From the IMG/VR virus record IMGVR_UViG_3300025718_000009, positions 1-52,871 of that record: a stretch of 52,871 bases of DNA; one strand, 5' to 3'. The DNA comes from a virus (taxonomy: Duplodnaviria; Caudoviricetes). The notes beneath the pieces are model-generated. The model was not told the origin of the DNA. It made no database searches and saw nothing but the letters and a program-made list of their open reading frames with translations. The position numbers and the translations under genes were made by a program. The stretch's first letter is position 1. Each line of letters opens with the position of its first letter. Shown here piece after piece: positions 19,339 through 29,132 of this stretch.

Positions 19339-19725
19339 ATGATGATGAAAGAAATTAAGATCCTTTTAGCTCGTAAAGCGACTGCCGATGCTCAAACAGA
19401 GTCCGTCCGTAAGCAGTATGCCGATTATTATAATCTTATCGTCTCTAAGATCGCCAGACTGTATTTAGATTACCTCATGCAAGACAAATTACATTTCGTT
19501 GATATCCCGGATGCCTATCCATTAGTTTGGGATTATGATATCAACTCAGAGATACTATCGATCACGCTTAAGTCTATGGCAGTGAAGTATGAGGACAAAA
19601 AAGCCTACATTGAGTGGATGTGCAAGACCTTGATTCCAGAGGTAGATATCAGTTTTAAAAATAAAGACCAAACACGATTCGGTAAGTGCATCCAGATGGC
19701 AATGCAACAGATCGTAAAGGTTTAG
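19339..19725 (+). CDS. Hypothetical protein
   Basis: AAGGAGG RBS. Confidence 0.65.
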   Translation: MMMKEIKILLARKATADAQTESVRKQYADYYNLIVSKIARLYLDYLMQDKLHFVDIPDAYPLVWDYDINSEILSITLKSMAVKYEDKKAYIEWMCKTLIPEVDISFKNKDQTRFGKCIQMAMQQIVKV

Positions 19726-19737
19726 GAGGAATGAACG

Positions 19738-19845
19738 GTGACTGAACATAGTTTAAAAACAAATGTAGAGTGTTTCCAAGCAATTAAGTGCGGAGATAAA
19801 ACATTTGAGTTGAGAATAAACGACCGGAACTATGACCTTGGCTAA
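19738..19845 (+). pseudogene. Truncated DUF3850/ASCH-like gene
   Basis: MTEHSLKTNVECFQAIKCGDKTFELRINDRNYDLG*; AGGAGG RBS; only 35 aa. Confidence 0.6.
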
Positions 19846-20644
19846 TTGGTCAGAGTCTGAACTAGATTATCTCGAGGAGAAATGGGGAAACATCTCAATC
19901 CCAACGATTGCTAATCATCTCGGTAAATCATTAAACGCTATAATCCTCAAAGCCAGGCGTCTTGGACTCGGAAGACACATTCACGGTGGTGAGTACATCA
20001 CATTCAACCAGTTAGTAATTGCACTTGGTAAGGATTTCGGCCAGATCAAGAATCGCTTTATACCGAGGGGTTTACCGATTAAACATAAGAAATCCGTCAC
20101 CAAATCCTTCCGGATAATCTATATCAATGACTTTTGGGAATGGGCAGAGCAGCATAAAGACCTCTTGGAGTTCTCAACGTTCGAAGTCAATGCGTTAGGT
20201 GAGGAGCCGGAGTGGGTTAAGGAAAAACGCAAAGCCGACTTCTACGCCAGTAAATACATTACGACTCCTTGGACTGAGAAGGATGACGCCAGGCTTATCT
20301 ACATGCTAAATGCTTATCGATACGGGTACCGTGAAATATCTGTGGATTTACGTAGGACCGAGGGAGCAGTTAAACGCCGGCTGCATGATCTTAATCTAAT
20401 GCAAAGACCGATCAAGGCAGAAAACCATATTAAATGGACGTCTCCTGAAATTAAACTCCTGGTGGATCTACGAGCTAAGGGATATGGATATGAGATCATC
20501 GCGGAAAAGCTGGGTACCCGATCAGCCTTAGCGGTTAGGGGAAAAGTTGAGAGATTGGAATTAGATAAGGTCAAATTGAAGGAGACGAGGATGAAGATTA
20601 TGTACGAGGCGTTTGATACGAAGAGGGAGAGTGTGGCGAGATGA
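19832..20644 (+). CDS. Phage protein with three W(S/T)xxE/D Myb/HTH-like repeats
   Basis: WSESELDYL, WTEKDDARL, WTSPEIKLL each followed by HTH-like segment. Confidence 0.7.
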   Translation: MTLANWSESELDYLEEKWGNISIPTIANHLGKSLNAIILKARRLGLGRHIHGGEYITFNQLVIALGKDFGQIKNRFIPRGLPIKHKKSVTKSFRIIYINDFWEWAEQHKDLLEFSTFEVNALGEEPEWVKEKRKADFYASKYITTPWTEKDDARLIYMLNAYRYGYREISVDLRRTEGAVKRRLHDLNLMQRPIKAENHIKWTSPEIKLLVDLRAKGYGYEIIAEKLGTRSALAVRGKVERLELDKVKLKETRMKIMYEAFDTKRESVAR

Positions 20645-20799
20645 GAAGTTCCACGATACATTCCCCAAGCCTAATTAAAGTCGGCGTGACTCGGTGCGGA
20701 GTCAATAGATACCACGTTAAGAATTCTCCTAATTTAGCCAGGGTTACTTGTAAGAAGTGCCTTGCTCTTATTCAGAAGGAAAAGGGGGCAGCAGATTGA
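20641..20799 (+). CDS. Small hypothetical protein (VTCKKC)
   Basis: 52 aa, overlaps both neighbours by 4 nt. Confidence 0.45.
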   Translation: MRSSTIHSPSLIKVGVTRCGVNRYHVKNSPNLARVTCKKCLALIQKEKGAAD

Positions 20800-21161
20800 G
20801 TATAAATGATATGGTATGCCCTTACGGATGGATTAGCTGTATTCGTTGCAGAAATCAAAGTATCTGTTCTGCTAGAAAGTATGTTCCGGAGGTAGAGACT
20901 GATGTTGATGCACTTATCAAGGCGGCAGCGATTGCTGAAGTAAGTACGCAGGCTGAAGCCGTTGAAGGTGCTAAGCGGTTAAAAGGGGAGAGTGGCGACT
21001 TCTGGGAAGAGTGGGGCAAGTATTCGACTCCTGATCTTCATTCAAAAGAGCCAATGCCGGCCGGACAGGGTGCACCGGGTGGTGGAGGTTCGAGTGGGAA
21101 AGTGAAGAAGGATAATAAGGGGAATAAGAAGCCTGTTTATATGTGGGGCAGTACCGATTAA
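20796..21161 (+). CDS. Hypothetical protein with N-terminal Cys cluster
   Basis: CPYGWISCIRCRNQSIC; TTG start after AAGGGGG. Confidence 0.55.
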   Translation: MSINDMVCPYGWISCIRCRNQSICSARKYVPEVETDVDALIKAAAIAEVSTQAEAVEGAKRLKGESGDFWEEWGKYSTPDLHSKEPMPAGQGAPGGGGSSGKVKKDNKGNKKPVYMWGSTD

Positions 21162-21165
21162 GTCG

Positions 21166-21195
21166 TTGACAGTTATTGACAAGCCGTGATATAAT
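21166..21195 (+). promoter_or_regulatory. Late sigmaA-type promoter
   Basis: TTGACA-18bp-TATAAT with extended TG; second TTGACA at 21176. Confidence 0.7.
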
Positions 21196-21231
21196 TCCTA
21201 ATAGGGCATGCCCTGGACCAAATTGTCAAAT

Positions 21232-21260
21232 CAGACGTTCCGCGAGGAGCGTCTTTCTTT
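21232..21260 (+). terminator. Intrinsic terminator just after late promoter
   Basis: AGACGTTCC-GCGA-GGAGCGTCT then TTCTTT. Confidence 0.65.
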
Positions 21261-21281
21261 ATGCCCAATAGGAGGGGGAAC

Positions 21282-21416
21282 ATGGCTAAGGTAAAGAATT
21301 CCAAGCGAAAACAACCGGTTAAGCCCTCTCCAAAGATTAAGTACGAGGATACGCTAAAATTTATAGCGTTTGATCATATGATGCGGAGTAATAGAGGTAT
21401 TTGGGTGGATCAATAA
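21282..21416 (+). CDS. Small basic hypothetical protein (44 aa)
   Basis: AGGAGGGG RBS; MAKVKNSKRKQP... Confidence 0.45.
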   Translation: MAKVKNSKRKQPVKPSPKIKYEDTLKFIAFDHMMRSNRGIWVDQ

Positions 21417-21423
21417 GTAGGGG

Positions 21424-21948
21424 GTGTCAGTGGTGGCGGATAAGTTAACTGTTAAACAAGAAAAGTTTGTGCAAGGCTTGTTTGCCGGACTGACACAAAG
21501 AGTAGCCTATAAAAAGGCTTTTAATTGTGCCAAGATGAAAGATAAGAGCATTGACGAAAGATCCTGTGTACTGACAAATACAATCAAGATACAGTCAAGG
21601 CTTGCAGATCTGACAAATGAGTTCAAAGAGCGCAATATGGTCACTGTTGAGAGGATTGTTGCCCAGCTTGCCAAGATAGGTTTTGCTGACATCAAAGACG
21701 TTGTTACTTGGCAGTCCAATAAGATAGAGATACGAGACAGTTATGAGGTAGATGGAACGATTCTCTCGGAAGTATCAGAGAGCTTAACTGATGCAGGAAG
21801 AACCCTTAAGGTCAAACTGAATGACCGCATGAGGGCCTTGGAGATGATGGGTAAACATCTTGGTATGTTCAAGGATGGCAATGTCAATATATCCATTGGC
21901 GTACAAATAGTAGATGACATCGGAGTTGATCCCGATGAATCAGATTAA
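21424..21948 (+). CDS. Terminase small subunit
   Basis: LTVKQEKFV...AYKKAF; ALEMMGKHLGMF. Confidence 0.9.
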   Translation: MSVVADKLTVKQEKFVQGLFAGLTQRVAYKKAFNCAKMKDKSIDERSCVLTNTIKIQSRLADLTNEFKERNMVTVERIVAQLAKIGFADIKDVVTWQSNKIEIRDSYEVDGTILSEVSESLTDAGRTLKVKLNDRMRALEMMGKHLGMFKDGNVNISIGVQIVDDIGVDPDESD

Positions 21949-23188
21949 AATATCCGACAAGATCCTCCCGGTCTTCTACGACTTCTGGCGCGACTGCAAC
22001 GGGCGCAAGCATCTTTACAAAGTTCTTAAGGGCGGCCGTAACTCTTCCAAGTCCACAACGATCGGCGACCGGATAATCTTTGATATGATGCGCCTGCCGG
22101 TTAACGCCTTATGTATCCGTAAGGTCGGTAACACGTTGGAAACTTCGGTCTATGAGCAGCTAAAGTGGGCAATCGAAGACCTGGGCGTTGGTGCCTATTG
22201 GAATATAAACAAAAGCCCACTCAAACTGACGTACATCCCTCGAGGTAACTCAATCATTTTCAGGGGAGCGGATAAGCCGGAGAAGATCAAGTCGATCAAG
22301 ACCAGCAAGTTCCCCATCGCTATTCTTTGGGTTGAAGAGCTGCCAGAGTTTAAGACCGAAGAAGAGATATCAACGATCGTCAATTCTGTGGTGCGGGCAG
22401 AGCTCCCAGAAGGTTTGCATTATGATATCTATTACTCCTACAATCCGCCAAAGAGAAAGCAGTCCTGGGTTAACAAAAAGTTCGAGAGCAACTTCCTTCC
22501 TGATAATTGTTATGTACACCATAGCACTTACTTGGATAACAAATATGTATCGAAGGCATTCATCGAGGAAGCCGAAGAGGTAAAAAAGAAAAATAGCTTC
22601 AAATATCGGTATGAGTATCTAGGGGAACCCATCGGGAGCGGTGTGGTTCCTTTTGCTAATCTAACCTTTAGAAAAATAACTGATGCCGAGTATAAGGAAG
22701 CAGACAATATAAGACAAGGATGTGACTGGGGTTATGCCGCGGATCCTTTCGCTTTTGTTCGTGTCCACTATGATAAGACGCGAAGAAAGCTGTACTTCTT
22801 GGATGAGATATATGATATCAAGCTAAGCAATAGAGACGCAGCCGCAAGGATGAAAGCCCTGGGTGTTGATCATAGCTTAACTGTCGCTGACTCAAGCGAG
22901 CCAAAGTCAGTCAGTGAAATGAAGGGCTATGGCATTAGAATGAAGGGCGCCAAGAAAGGGCCCGGCAGTGTTGAGTACGGAGAGAAGTGGCTAGATGATC
23001 TTGATGAAATCATTATAGATCCGGCACGAACGCCTCATGTTGCTGCAGAGTTTGAAGCAATCGACTATGCCACTGGTATTGATGGTGAGATTAAGAACCG
23101 GCTTGTCGATAAGGACAATCACACGATTGATGCTGTGAGGTATGCAATGGAAGATGACATGAAGAAGGCGGCGAGTATATCGTGGTAA
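21935..23188 (+). CDS. Terminase large subunit, PBSX family
   Basis: KGGRNSSKS, WVEE, YNPP, DWGY..DP, DNHTIDAVRY. Confidence 0.93.
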   Translation: MNQIKISDKILPVFYDFWRDCNGRKHLYKVLKGGRNSSKSTTIGDRIIFDMMRLPVNALCIRKVGNTLETSVYEQLKWAIEDLGVGAYWNINKSPLKLTYIPRGNSIIFRGADKPEKIKSIKTSKFPIAILWVEELPEFKTEEEISTIVNSVVRAELPEGLHYDIYYSYNPPKRKQSWVNKKFESNFLPDNCYVHHSTYLDNKYVSKAFIEEAEEVKKKNSFKYRYEYLGEPIGSGVVPFANLTFRKITDAEYKEADNIRQGCDWGYAADPFAFVRVHYDKTRRKLYFLDEIYDIKLSNRDAAARMKALGVDHSLTVADSSEPKSVSEMKGYGIRMKGAKKGPGSVEYGEKWLDDLDEIIIDPARTPHVAAEFEAIDYATGIDGEIKNRLVDKDNHTIDAVRYAMEDDMKKAASISW

Positions 23189-23418
23189 ATAGTATAGAGC
23201 ATGAGCTCAGGCAGTGGATAGATTATCCGATGTTAGACGGTAGCTTACATCTTGTTAAGTTTAGGAATAATCCTAGAATCAGAGCAGTCTATATCAGGAT
23301 CAGGCGAGAGCGTGAGCTCAAAGAAAGCCAGAAGTTCAAGCATAGCTGGTTTGTATTCAATGTCTTATGCGGTGTCGCTGGCGGATTAATAGGTTGGTAT
23401 ATTGGAGGAGTATTGTAA
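23182..23418 (+). CDS. Hypothetical membrane protein
   Basis: C-terminal hydrophobic helix. Confidence 0.45.
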   Translation: MVNSIEHELRQWIDYPMLDGSLHLVKFRNNPRIRAVYIRIRRERELKESQKFKHSWFVFNVLCGVAGGLIGWYIGGVL

Positions 23419-23690
23419 TGGGTAAAATGACTACGGCGAACCTAGAACGGTGTTTTTACGAGGCAGAGCGAGAAGGCGAAGCGTTTGTTGGCGTATTGAT
23501 AAAGATGGAAGGATTTCCGGAGCCTGAAGTAATCATAAACAAGAGAGCTAACTTCGAGACCAAGCTGGCCTATTACAAGAAGGCCTACGACGGCAACCTG
23601 GTACTAAGGTCATTCTCTGGTATCAAAATTATAGGATTCACCCATGGAGATACCTTTAGCGATATTGAGCTGGACCTGTTGGGTGAATAG
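23418..23690 (+). CDS. Hypothetical phage protein
   Basis: GGAGG RBS; EVIIN...KLAYYKKAYD.NL. Confidence 0.65.
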   Translation: MGKMTTANLERCFYEAEREGEAFVGVLIKMEGFPEPEVIINKRANFETKLAYYKKAYDGNLVLRSFSGIKIIGFTHGDTFSDIELDLLGE

Positions 23691-23719
23691 TATCTATATC
23701 ATGGGGGAGGTGATCAAGA

Positions 23720-25831
23720 TTGGGATTCTTCAGTAAGGCAAAGAAACAAGCAATCAAAGCAGTCCAGAAGAAGTTCGGCGGGTATTACTCGCAAGTGATA
23801 CACATCCCTCCGGCCATGAATACGGCCGACTACCTTCGCAGCTATGGCGAGATAGGATGGCTTTTTGCGTGCGTGAGTAAGATCTCCCAGAATGTTGGGG
23901 CTTCCGAATGGAAGGCGTACAAGGGCGAGAAGGCCGTCGAGAGCAGCAGGGCACTAGATCTCTTTAAACATCCTTCTCCGTACATGAGCCAGAACGAAAT
24001 GCTAGTAAGAATAAGCGGGTTCTTAAATCTGACTGGCAAGGCTTTTTTGTATATAGCCAAGGACGGTTTAGGACGGCCAAAGGAAATATGGGTAATTAAC
24101 CCCATGGACATGTGGGTCGTCCCGGACAAGGAAGAGTTTATCAAGGGGTATATTTATCGCGCTGGTATCGAGCAAATGCCATTAGATAAAGATGAGGTAA
24201 TCTTCTTCAGTCTGCCTGACTTCTTGAATCCCTATAACGGTATCGGTCCTGCTCAAGCCGCAGCGACTGCCTTGGAATCTGATAAATACTCTAGCCAATG
24301 GAACCGCAATTTCTTCTACAACAATGCGGAACCTCAGGGTATTTTGACTATGCCGGACGTTTCAGATGACGACTTTGACCGACTCAAGGCAGAATGGAAC
24401 GATAAGCATAAGGGCGTGGACAATGCGAAGCGGACAGCCATGGTCCGTGGTGAGGGCGTAACTTATACGGCCATTCAGATTTCCCAGAAAGATATGGACT
24501 TTTTTAATTTACGGAATCAAAGCCGGGACGAAATTCTAGGAATCTTTGGCGTGCATAAATCCATCCTTGGCCTGACCGACGATGTATCGCGGGCTAATGC
24601 CGAAACGGCAGAATATGTTTTCCAGGCGCACGTGATCAAGCCTAGCCTGGGGATGATCGCAGATAAGCTAAATAATGGCTTTGTTCAGATGTTCGGAGAA
24701 GATATAGAACTTCGACCGACTGACAACGTCCCTGAGAATAAAGATTTCATTAAGGGCGTGCTAGATACCCAAGTCAATAAAACGATTACCGTGAACGAAG
24801 GGAGGGACATTGTTAATAAACTCCTGGGATTACAACTGGCTCACTTGGCAGAAGGCGATGTGATTTACCAGGCAGTTATGTTGCAACCGATGGGTGCCGT
24901 TCCGCCTATGTCTCCTCCTGCCGTTGCTCCTGCTACTGGGGGCGACCTTATCGAGGGAAAGCCTAAAGCCTTAGAACCGGCAGCAGAATTGCTCTTATTG
25001 GAATCTAAGGCCTTAGACAAAGCCACCAGGAAGAAGATAGCTAAGGCGGTTGTAAAGAATAACTCGACCCGGCACGATGACTTCATGAAATTAAGCGCGC
25101 CGTTGATCGCTGAATTCGAGACTGTCATAAATAAATTCTTTGCTGCTCAATTCAAAGCCATTACGCCGAAGGTTATCGCCGGCAACAAGGACCCAATTAG
25201 TGTGTCGGAATGGAACGCTAAATTGCAGAAGTTAGTAGCTCCGCTTTATGATAAGGCTTTTCAAACCGGTGGACGTGCGGTCGTTAATGAATTTAAGGGC
25301 ATAGGGAACTACATCCATAAAGATACCGGAATACGCTTTGACTTCAAAGACGCCGGCGTTCGCCAAATGATTAAAGACAAGGTAAACAAAATCGTGGACA
25401 TTAACGAGTTCACTCGGGACTGGGTAAAGGACACCATCGGCGAGGCATACGATTCTGAGGAATACAACGATGGCCGAACCTTCACGATTCCTGACGTAAC
25501 TAATATGCTCGGGAATGTATTCAGCCCCACGCGGGCCCGGACGATAGCTCAGACTGAATGCCTGACTTCCTTAAACCAAGCGACCAGCGAAACTTACAAG
25601 CAAAACGCGGATATCTTAGACGGCAAATATTGGATGGACTCTTCGATTGGAGTCCCGCGTGAAACCCACATAAAAGCGGGCCAAGACTACAACGAAGAGA
25701 ACGCGATCCCCGTGAATGAGTCGTTTGTTGTTGCTGGGTATGAATGCGATTGTCCTGGTGATTCGTCGTTACCGGCTGAAGAAGTTGTAAATTGCCATTG
25801 CTGTATGGCGCCGAAGGTTAATCTGGATTAG
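23720..25831 (+). CDS. HK97-family portal fused to MuF/SPP1 gp7-like minor head domain
   Basis: Portal motifs GKAFLYI, FFYNNAEPQGIL, TVNEGR; C-terminal RARTIAQTE...R.TH...VNCHC. Confidence 0.88.
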   Translation: MGFFSKAKKQAIKAVQKKFGGYYSQVIHIPPAMNTADYLRSYGEIGWLFACVSKISQNVGASEWKAYKGEKAVESSRALDLFKHPSPYMSQNEMLVRISGFLNLTGKAFLYIAKDGLGRPKEIWVINPMDMWVVPDKEEFIKGYIYRAGIEQMPLDKDEVIFFSLPDFLNPYNGIGPAQAAATALESDKYSSQWNRNFFYNNAEPQGILTMPDVSDDDFDRLKAEWNDKHKGVDNAKRTAMVRGEGVTYTAIQISQKDMDFFNLRNQSRDEILGIFGVHKSILGLTDDVSRANAETAEYVFQAHVIKPSLGMIADKLNNGFVQMFGEDIELRPTDNVPENKDFIKGVLDTQVNKTITVNEGRDIVNKLLGLQLAHLAEGDVIYQAVMLQPMGAVPPMSPPAVAPATGGDLIEGKPKALEPAAELLLLESKALDKATRKKIAKAVVKNNSTRHDDFMKLSAPLIAEFETVINKFFAAQFKAITPKVIAGNKDPISVSEWNAKLQKLVAPLYDKAFQTGGRAVVNEFKGIGNYIHKDTGIRFDFKDAGVRQMIKDKVNKIVDINEFTRDWVKDTIGEAYDSEEYNDGRTFTIPDVTNMLGNVFSPTRARTIAQTECLTSLNQATSETYKQNADILDGKYWMDSSIGVPRETHIKAGQDYNEENAIPVNESFVVAGYECDCPGDSSLPAEEVVNCHCCMAPKVNLD

Positions 25832-25846
25832 AAGGAGGATATAGTC

Positions 25847-26032
25847 ATGAATGATCAAGATCAGGTCAAGTTAGTACCCCTTGGATTAATGCCTGCTAAA
25901 CTCTGGGTAGAGTTGAGAGTCACATCAATCAAAGAAGCAATGGCTAGATATATTGCTGCCGACAAACCGATTCCCCAAGAGTGGCTTGATGAGTATCTCA
26001 TGCGCACGAATAGCTCTGCTTGGAGGGGGTAG
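25847..26032 (+). CDS. Hypothetical protein
   Basis: PLGLMP...IPQEWLDEY; AGGAGG RBS. Confidence 0.6.
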   Translation: MNDQDQVKLVPLGLMPAKLWVELRVTSIKEAMARYIAADKPIPQEWLDEYLMRTNSSAWRG

Positions 26033-26035
26033 GAT

Positions 26036-26422
26036 ATGAAATTTTCTGATATCAAAATTAATGTTGTACTCAATGGCTATGGATTAAAACAACTTCAGGC
26101 AGTGAGGGCCGCAATTGATCTTGCAACGGATACGTTGACGGACTTAGAAAAGCATAACTGTCGCGAATGTGGCGGACTGTTAATTGAGCGCAAGGGAACG
26201 CCTGAGCACTTGCTGGAGGACAATAGGAAATCTGTTGTCAGAGTGTGCAGGGATTGCGGGAATGAAGGATTCATGGTGATTCAAGGGGAGGAAGAACTGA
26301 ATGACCCCAAAGAATTAACATTAAAAATTGATAAGTTTACGAGCGACAGAACTCAGGACGTTCAGGAGTTGGCTGAAGAGTTGGAATCATTCAGGAGAAA
26401 AAGTAAGGGGTGTCACGATTGA
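26036..26422 (+). CDS. Hypothetical zinc-ribbon protein
   Basis: CRECG...CRDCG. Confidence 0.55.
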   Translation: MKFSDIKINVVLNGYGLKQLQAVRAAIDLATDTLTDLEKHNCRECGGLLIERKGTPEHLLEDNRKSVVRVCRDCGNEGFMVIQGEEELNDPKELTLKIDKFTSDRTQDVQELAEELESFRRKSKGCHD

Positions 26423-26880
26423 GTAATAAGTATATCGGATTCAAGATGATTCAAGCGGAACGTGCAACAAGGATGAACCTTAGTAAAACTGTGTATCCGC
26501 ATAGCAGGCCAATGCCCGATATGGTTAAGAACAACTCAGAAGAAGGTTATCAAGTTACTTATCCTGACGGGTATATAAGCTTTTCACCCAAAGACGTCTT
26601 CGAGAAAGCATACATGCAAGTCGGGGATAACAATACGATTACCCAGGAGTTAGTTGATAACTTCATTAAGGACTATGACGTATTCACAAAGCAGGGCAAG
26701 ATCACTGTCGTGATTGCTACACTGAAGAACGGATTCACTATCGTAGAGTCTTCAGCTTGCGTCGATCCTAAAAATTACAATGAGGAAATGGGCTCAGGCA
26801 TTTGCAAGGCTAGGATCAACAACCAAGTGTGGAACCATTTAGGGTTCTTACTTCAGACGGCCAAAGACGGAATCATCTAA
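26419..26880 (+). CDS. Phage Gp49-family protein with N-terminal YISxSPKDVFEKAY domain
   Basis: LKNGFTIVESSACVDPKNYNEEMG..IC...W..LGFLLQ. Confidence 0.75.
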   Translation: MSNKYIGFKMIQAERATRMNLSKTVYPHSRPMPDMVKNNSEEGYQVTYPDGYISFSPKDVFEKAYMQVGDNNTITQELVDNFIKDYDVFTKQGKITVVIATLKNGFTIVESSACVDPKNYNEEMGSGICKARINNQVWNHLGFLLQTAKDGII

Positions 26881-27033
26881 AGGCGGTGATCTCAGTGCAT
26901 AGAGTATATGACTGCGAAGGTTGCTCGAATAAAGATACTAGGCAATGCGACTCAAGTTGTTCAAGGTATACCTTAAGACCTTCTTGGTCTGAGAAGAAAC
27001 CGCCGCATTGGCTAAATAAAGCAATCCAGAAGT

Positions 27034-27054
27034 AAGGCCGCGAGGGCCTTTTTA
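27034..27054 (+). terminator. Weak intrinsic terminator
   Basis: AAGGCC-GCGAG-GGCCTT-TTT. Confidence 0.5.
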
Positions 27055-27070
27055 TTATGCCATTTAGGAG

Positions 27071-27952
27071 GTGGGAACTTTGGATCCAATAGAAAAACAA
27101 CTGTCTTGGGCTGTCAAGATAATCGATAAACCCAACCGAATCATTGAGATGATCGGGAGCACAGAGGACGCGGATCGGGCCGGAGACCGGATGTTTGTCA
27201 TGGGTGCCAAGTTGGAGAATTACCTCAAGAATCCCATAATCTTGGCAAACCACAATCATGGAGACAGTGAGGTTCCAACAGTTATTGGCCGTGCTCTAGC
27301 CGTCACCATACAAGCCAAGCAGCTTGTGTTTAAAATACAGTTCGCGGAAACAGTGAACGCGAAAGAGTGGTTTTATCTTTATTCAGAAGGCTACATGAAA
27401 GCCTCAAGTATTGGGTTCATTCCGATCACAAGAACTCCAAACGACAAGGGTGGGTACGACTTCACAAGTTGGGAGCTCTTAGAGCTTTCATTGGTGACGG
27501 TACCGTGTAATCCTAACGCGGTTGCGAGGGCTTTTGAAACAGGATTAATCAGTAAAAGTCTGTTCGATCAAATGAAAACGGAAAGTGGGGAAACAAAAGT
27601 GAACGAAGAACAAATCCAAGCCTTGATTGCTACCGCAATTAAAGGTATCGCGGCACCCAAAGATTACAGCGTGGAACTAAAAACCGCGACTGATAAAATC
27701 ACAGAACTCGAAATCGCATTGAAGGCGATCCCCGTGGTAGAGGAAAAAGGCGGCGCAACATTCAGCGCTAAAAACGCCGGACTCATTAAAGCCGTATGCG
27801 ATTCAATGACCGAGCATGTGAAGACCTTAACCTCCATGTTTGGTAAGGCTGAAGGCGAGCCAGACGGCGACGAAGGCAAAGAATACACGGACGAGCAAAT
27901 CCAAAAGGCCGTCGAGGAAAAACTCGCGGAATTAATGAAGGGGGTAGAATAA
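27071..27952 (+). CDS. HK97-family prohead protease with scaffold-like tail
   Basis: NPIILANHNH, SIGF, LLELSLVTVPCNPNA. Confidence 0.9.
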   Translation: MGTLDPIEKQLSWAVKIIDKPNRIIEMIGSTEDADRAGDRMFVMGAKLENYLKNPIILANHNHGDSEVPTVIGRALAVTIQAKQLVFKIQFAETVNAKEWFYLYSEGYMKASSIGFIPITRTPNDKGGYDFTSWELLELSLVTVPCNPNAVARAFETGLISKSLFDQMKTESGETKVNEEQIQALIATAIKGIAAPKDYSVELKTATDKITELEIALKAIPVVEEKGGATFSAKNAGLIKAVCDSMTEHVKTLTSMFGKAEGEPDGDEGKEYTDEQIQKAVEEKLAELMKGVE

Positions 27953-27953
27953 T

Positions 27954-29078
27954 ATGGCACGTTTCACAGATGAAGAATTCAAATCCGTAACTGATAAAAT
28001 GGTCGAGGCCATGTTGAAGGCCCAGGGCCTTACTAAGGCTATTCGTAAGATCAAGTTCTCCGAGAAAAAAATCGAGGACATGACCAAGGAAGAAAAAACC
28101 ATGCGCTACTTCAAGGCCAAAATGGAGAACAACCTTGGCGAAGTCGAAAAGTATTGTGGCGGTATTGCCAAGGATCTTACTGGTCAGACTGCAGGCAGCG
28201 GCCTTGAATTACTCCCTACTGAATTCCACGCTGATATCATCGACCGAATCAAACAGGACCTCACAGCACTCCGTAATATGTGTACTGTTGTGCCGGTTCC
28301 TTTCCGTGGTGGTACCTGGCCTGTTGGCGCTACCGGCGTCACGTTAACTTGGGAAGTCAACGACACCAATCCATTGACACCAACTGCGCCTACGTTCACC
28401 TCTCTCCCATATTCCGTGAATCGTCTCGATGGTTACACTGCAATCGCTCGCGACCTCTTGGCCGATACTCCTGTTAACCTCTACGCTTTCCTCTTGGCTC
28501 AATATTCCAAAGCGTTTGTTATCGCAGAGAATCAAGCCATCATGGTGGGCTCTGGAACTAACCAACCTAAAGGTATTGCGTCAACTGTTGGTATCAACAT
28601 TGTTCCAATCGGCCTGGCTGCAACCACGAACTTGTTGATTGCCGATGACCTTGTTTCCCTCCCTTATTCCATTAGCACGAACTGGAGAGCAGGCGGTTGC
28701 TACTGCATGAATACCTCAGCTGTTCGCCAAGCTCGCTTACTGAAAGATGGTCAAGGCCGTTTCTTATGGGTGGATAACCAAGACTCAGGCGTCATGAACG
28801 GTGCTCCTTCCAAGTTCAACGGATACCCTGTTTGCGAATTCGACAGCCTGTTCCCTGAAAACTTGACGGTCAATGCCAAGGCGACGACCTCTGAGATCGT
28901 TTTCGGAAATATGAAGAACTATTACTTGTTCGACAAGAACGAGATGGGTTCCGAGATCAATACCCAATCCGACCAAGCCTTCAAAAATCACGAAGCACTC
29001 GTTAAGATGTGGGAACGCATCGACGGAAAAGCCGCCATTCCTGCAGCGTTCTCCTTGCTCACTGGCTTCTTGAAGTAA
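27954..29078 (+). CDS. Major capsid protein (HK97 fold)
   Basis: LLPTEF, GSGTNQPKGI, LKDGQGRFLW, ERIDG. Confidence 0.92.
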   Translation: MARFTDEEFKSVTDKMVEAMLKAQGLTKAIRKIKFSEKKIEDMTKEEKTMRYFKAKMENNLGEVEKYCGGIAKDLTGQTAGSGLELLPTEFHADIIDRIKQDLTALRNMCTVVPVPFRGGTWPVGATGVTLTWEVNDTNPLTPTAPTFTSLPYSVNRLDGYTAIARDLLADTPVNLYAFLLAQYSKAFVIAENQAIMVGSGTNQPKGIASTVGINIVPIGLAATTNLLIADDLVSLPYSISTNWRAGGCYCMNTSAVRQARLLKDGQGRFLWVDNQDSGVMNGAPSKFNGYPVCEFDSLFPENLTVNAKATTSEIVFGNMKNYYLFDKNEMGSEINTQSDQAFKNHEALVKMWERIDGKAAIPAAFSLLTGFLK

Positions 29079-29132
29079 TAACTAATTAAGGACGAGGGGG
29101 TTCGCTCCCTCGATCCTTTGGAGGAGGACCCT

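Noticed and set aside
25400-25831. MuF polymorphic toxin
   Set aside because: MuF domain ends at NCHC with no toxin extension
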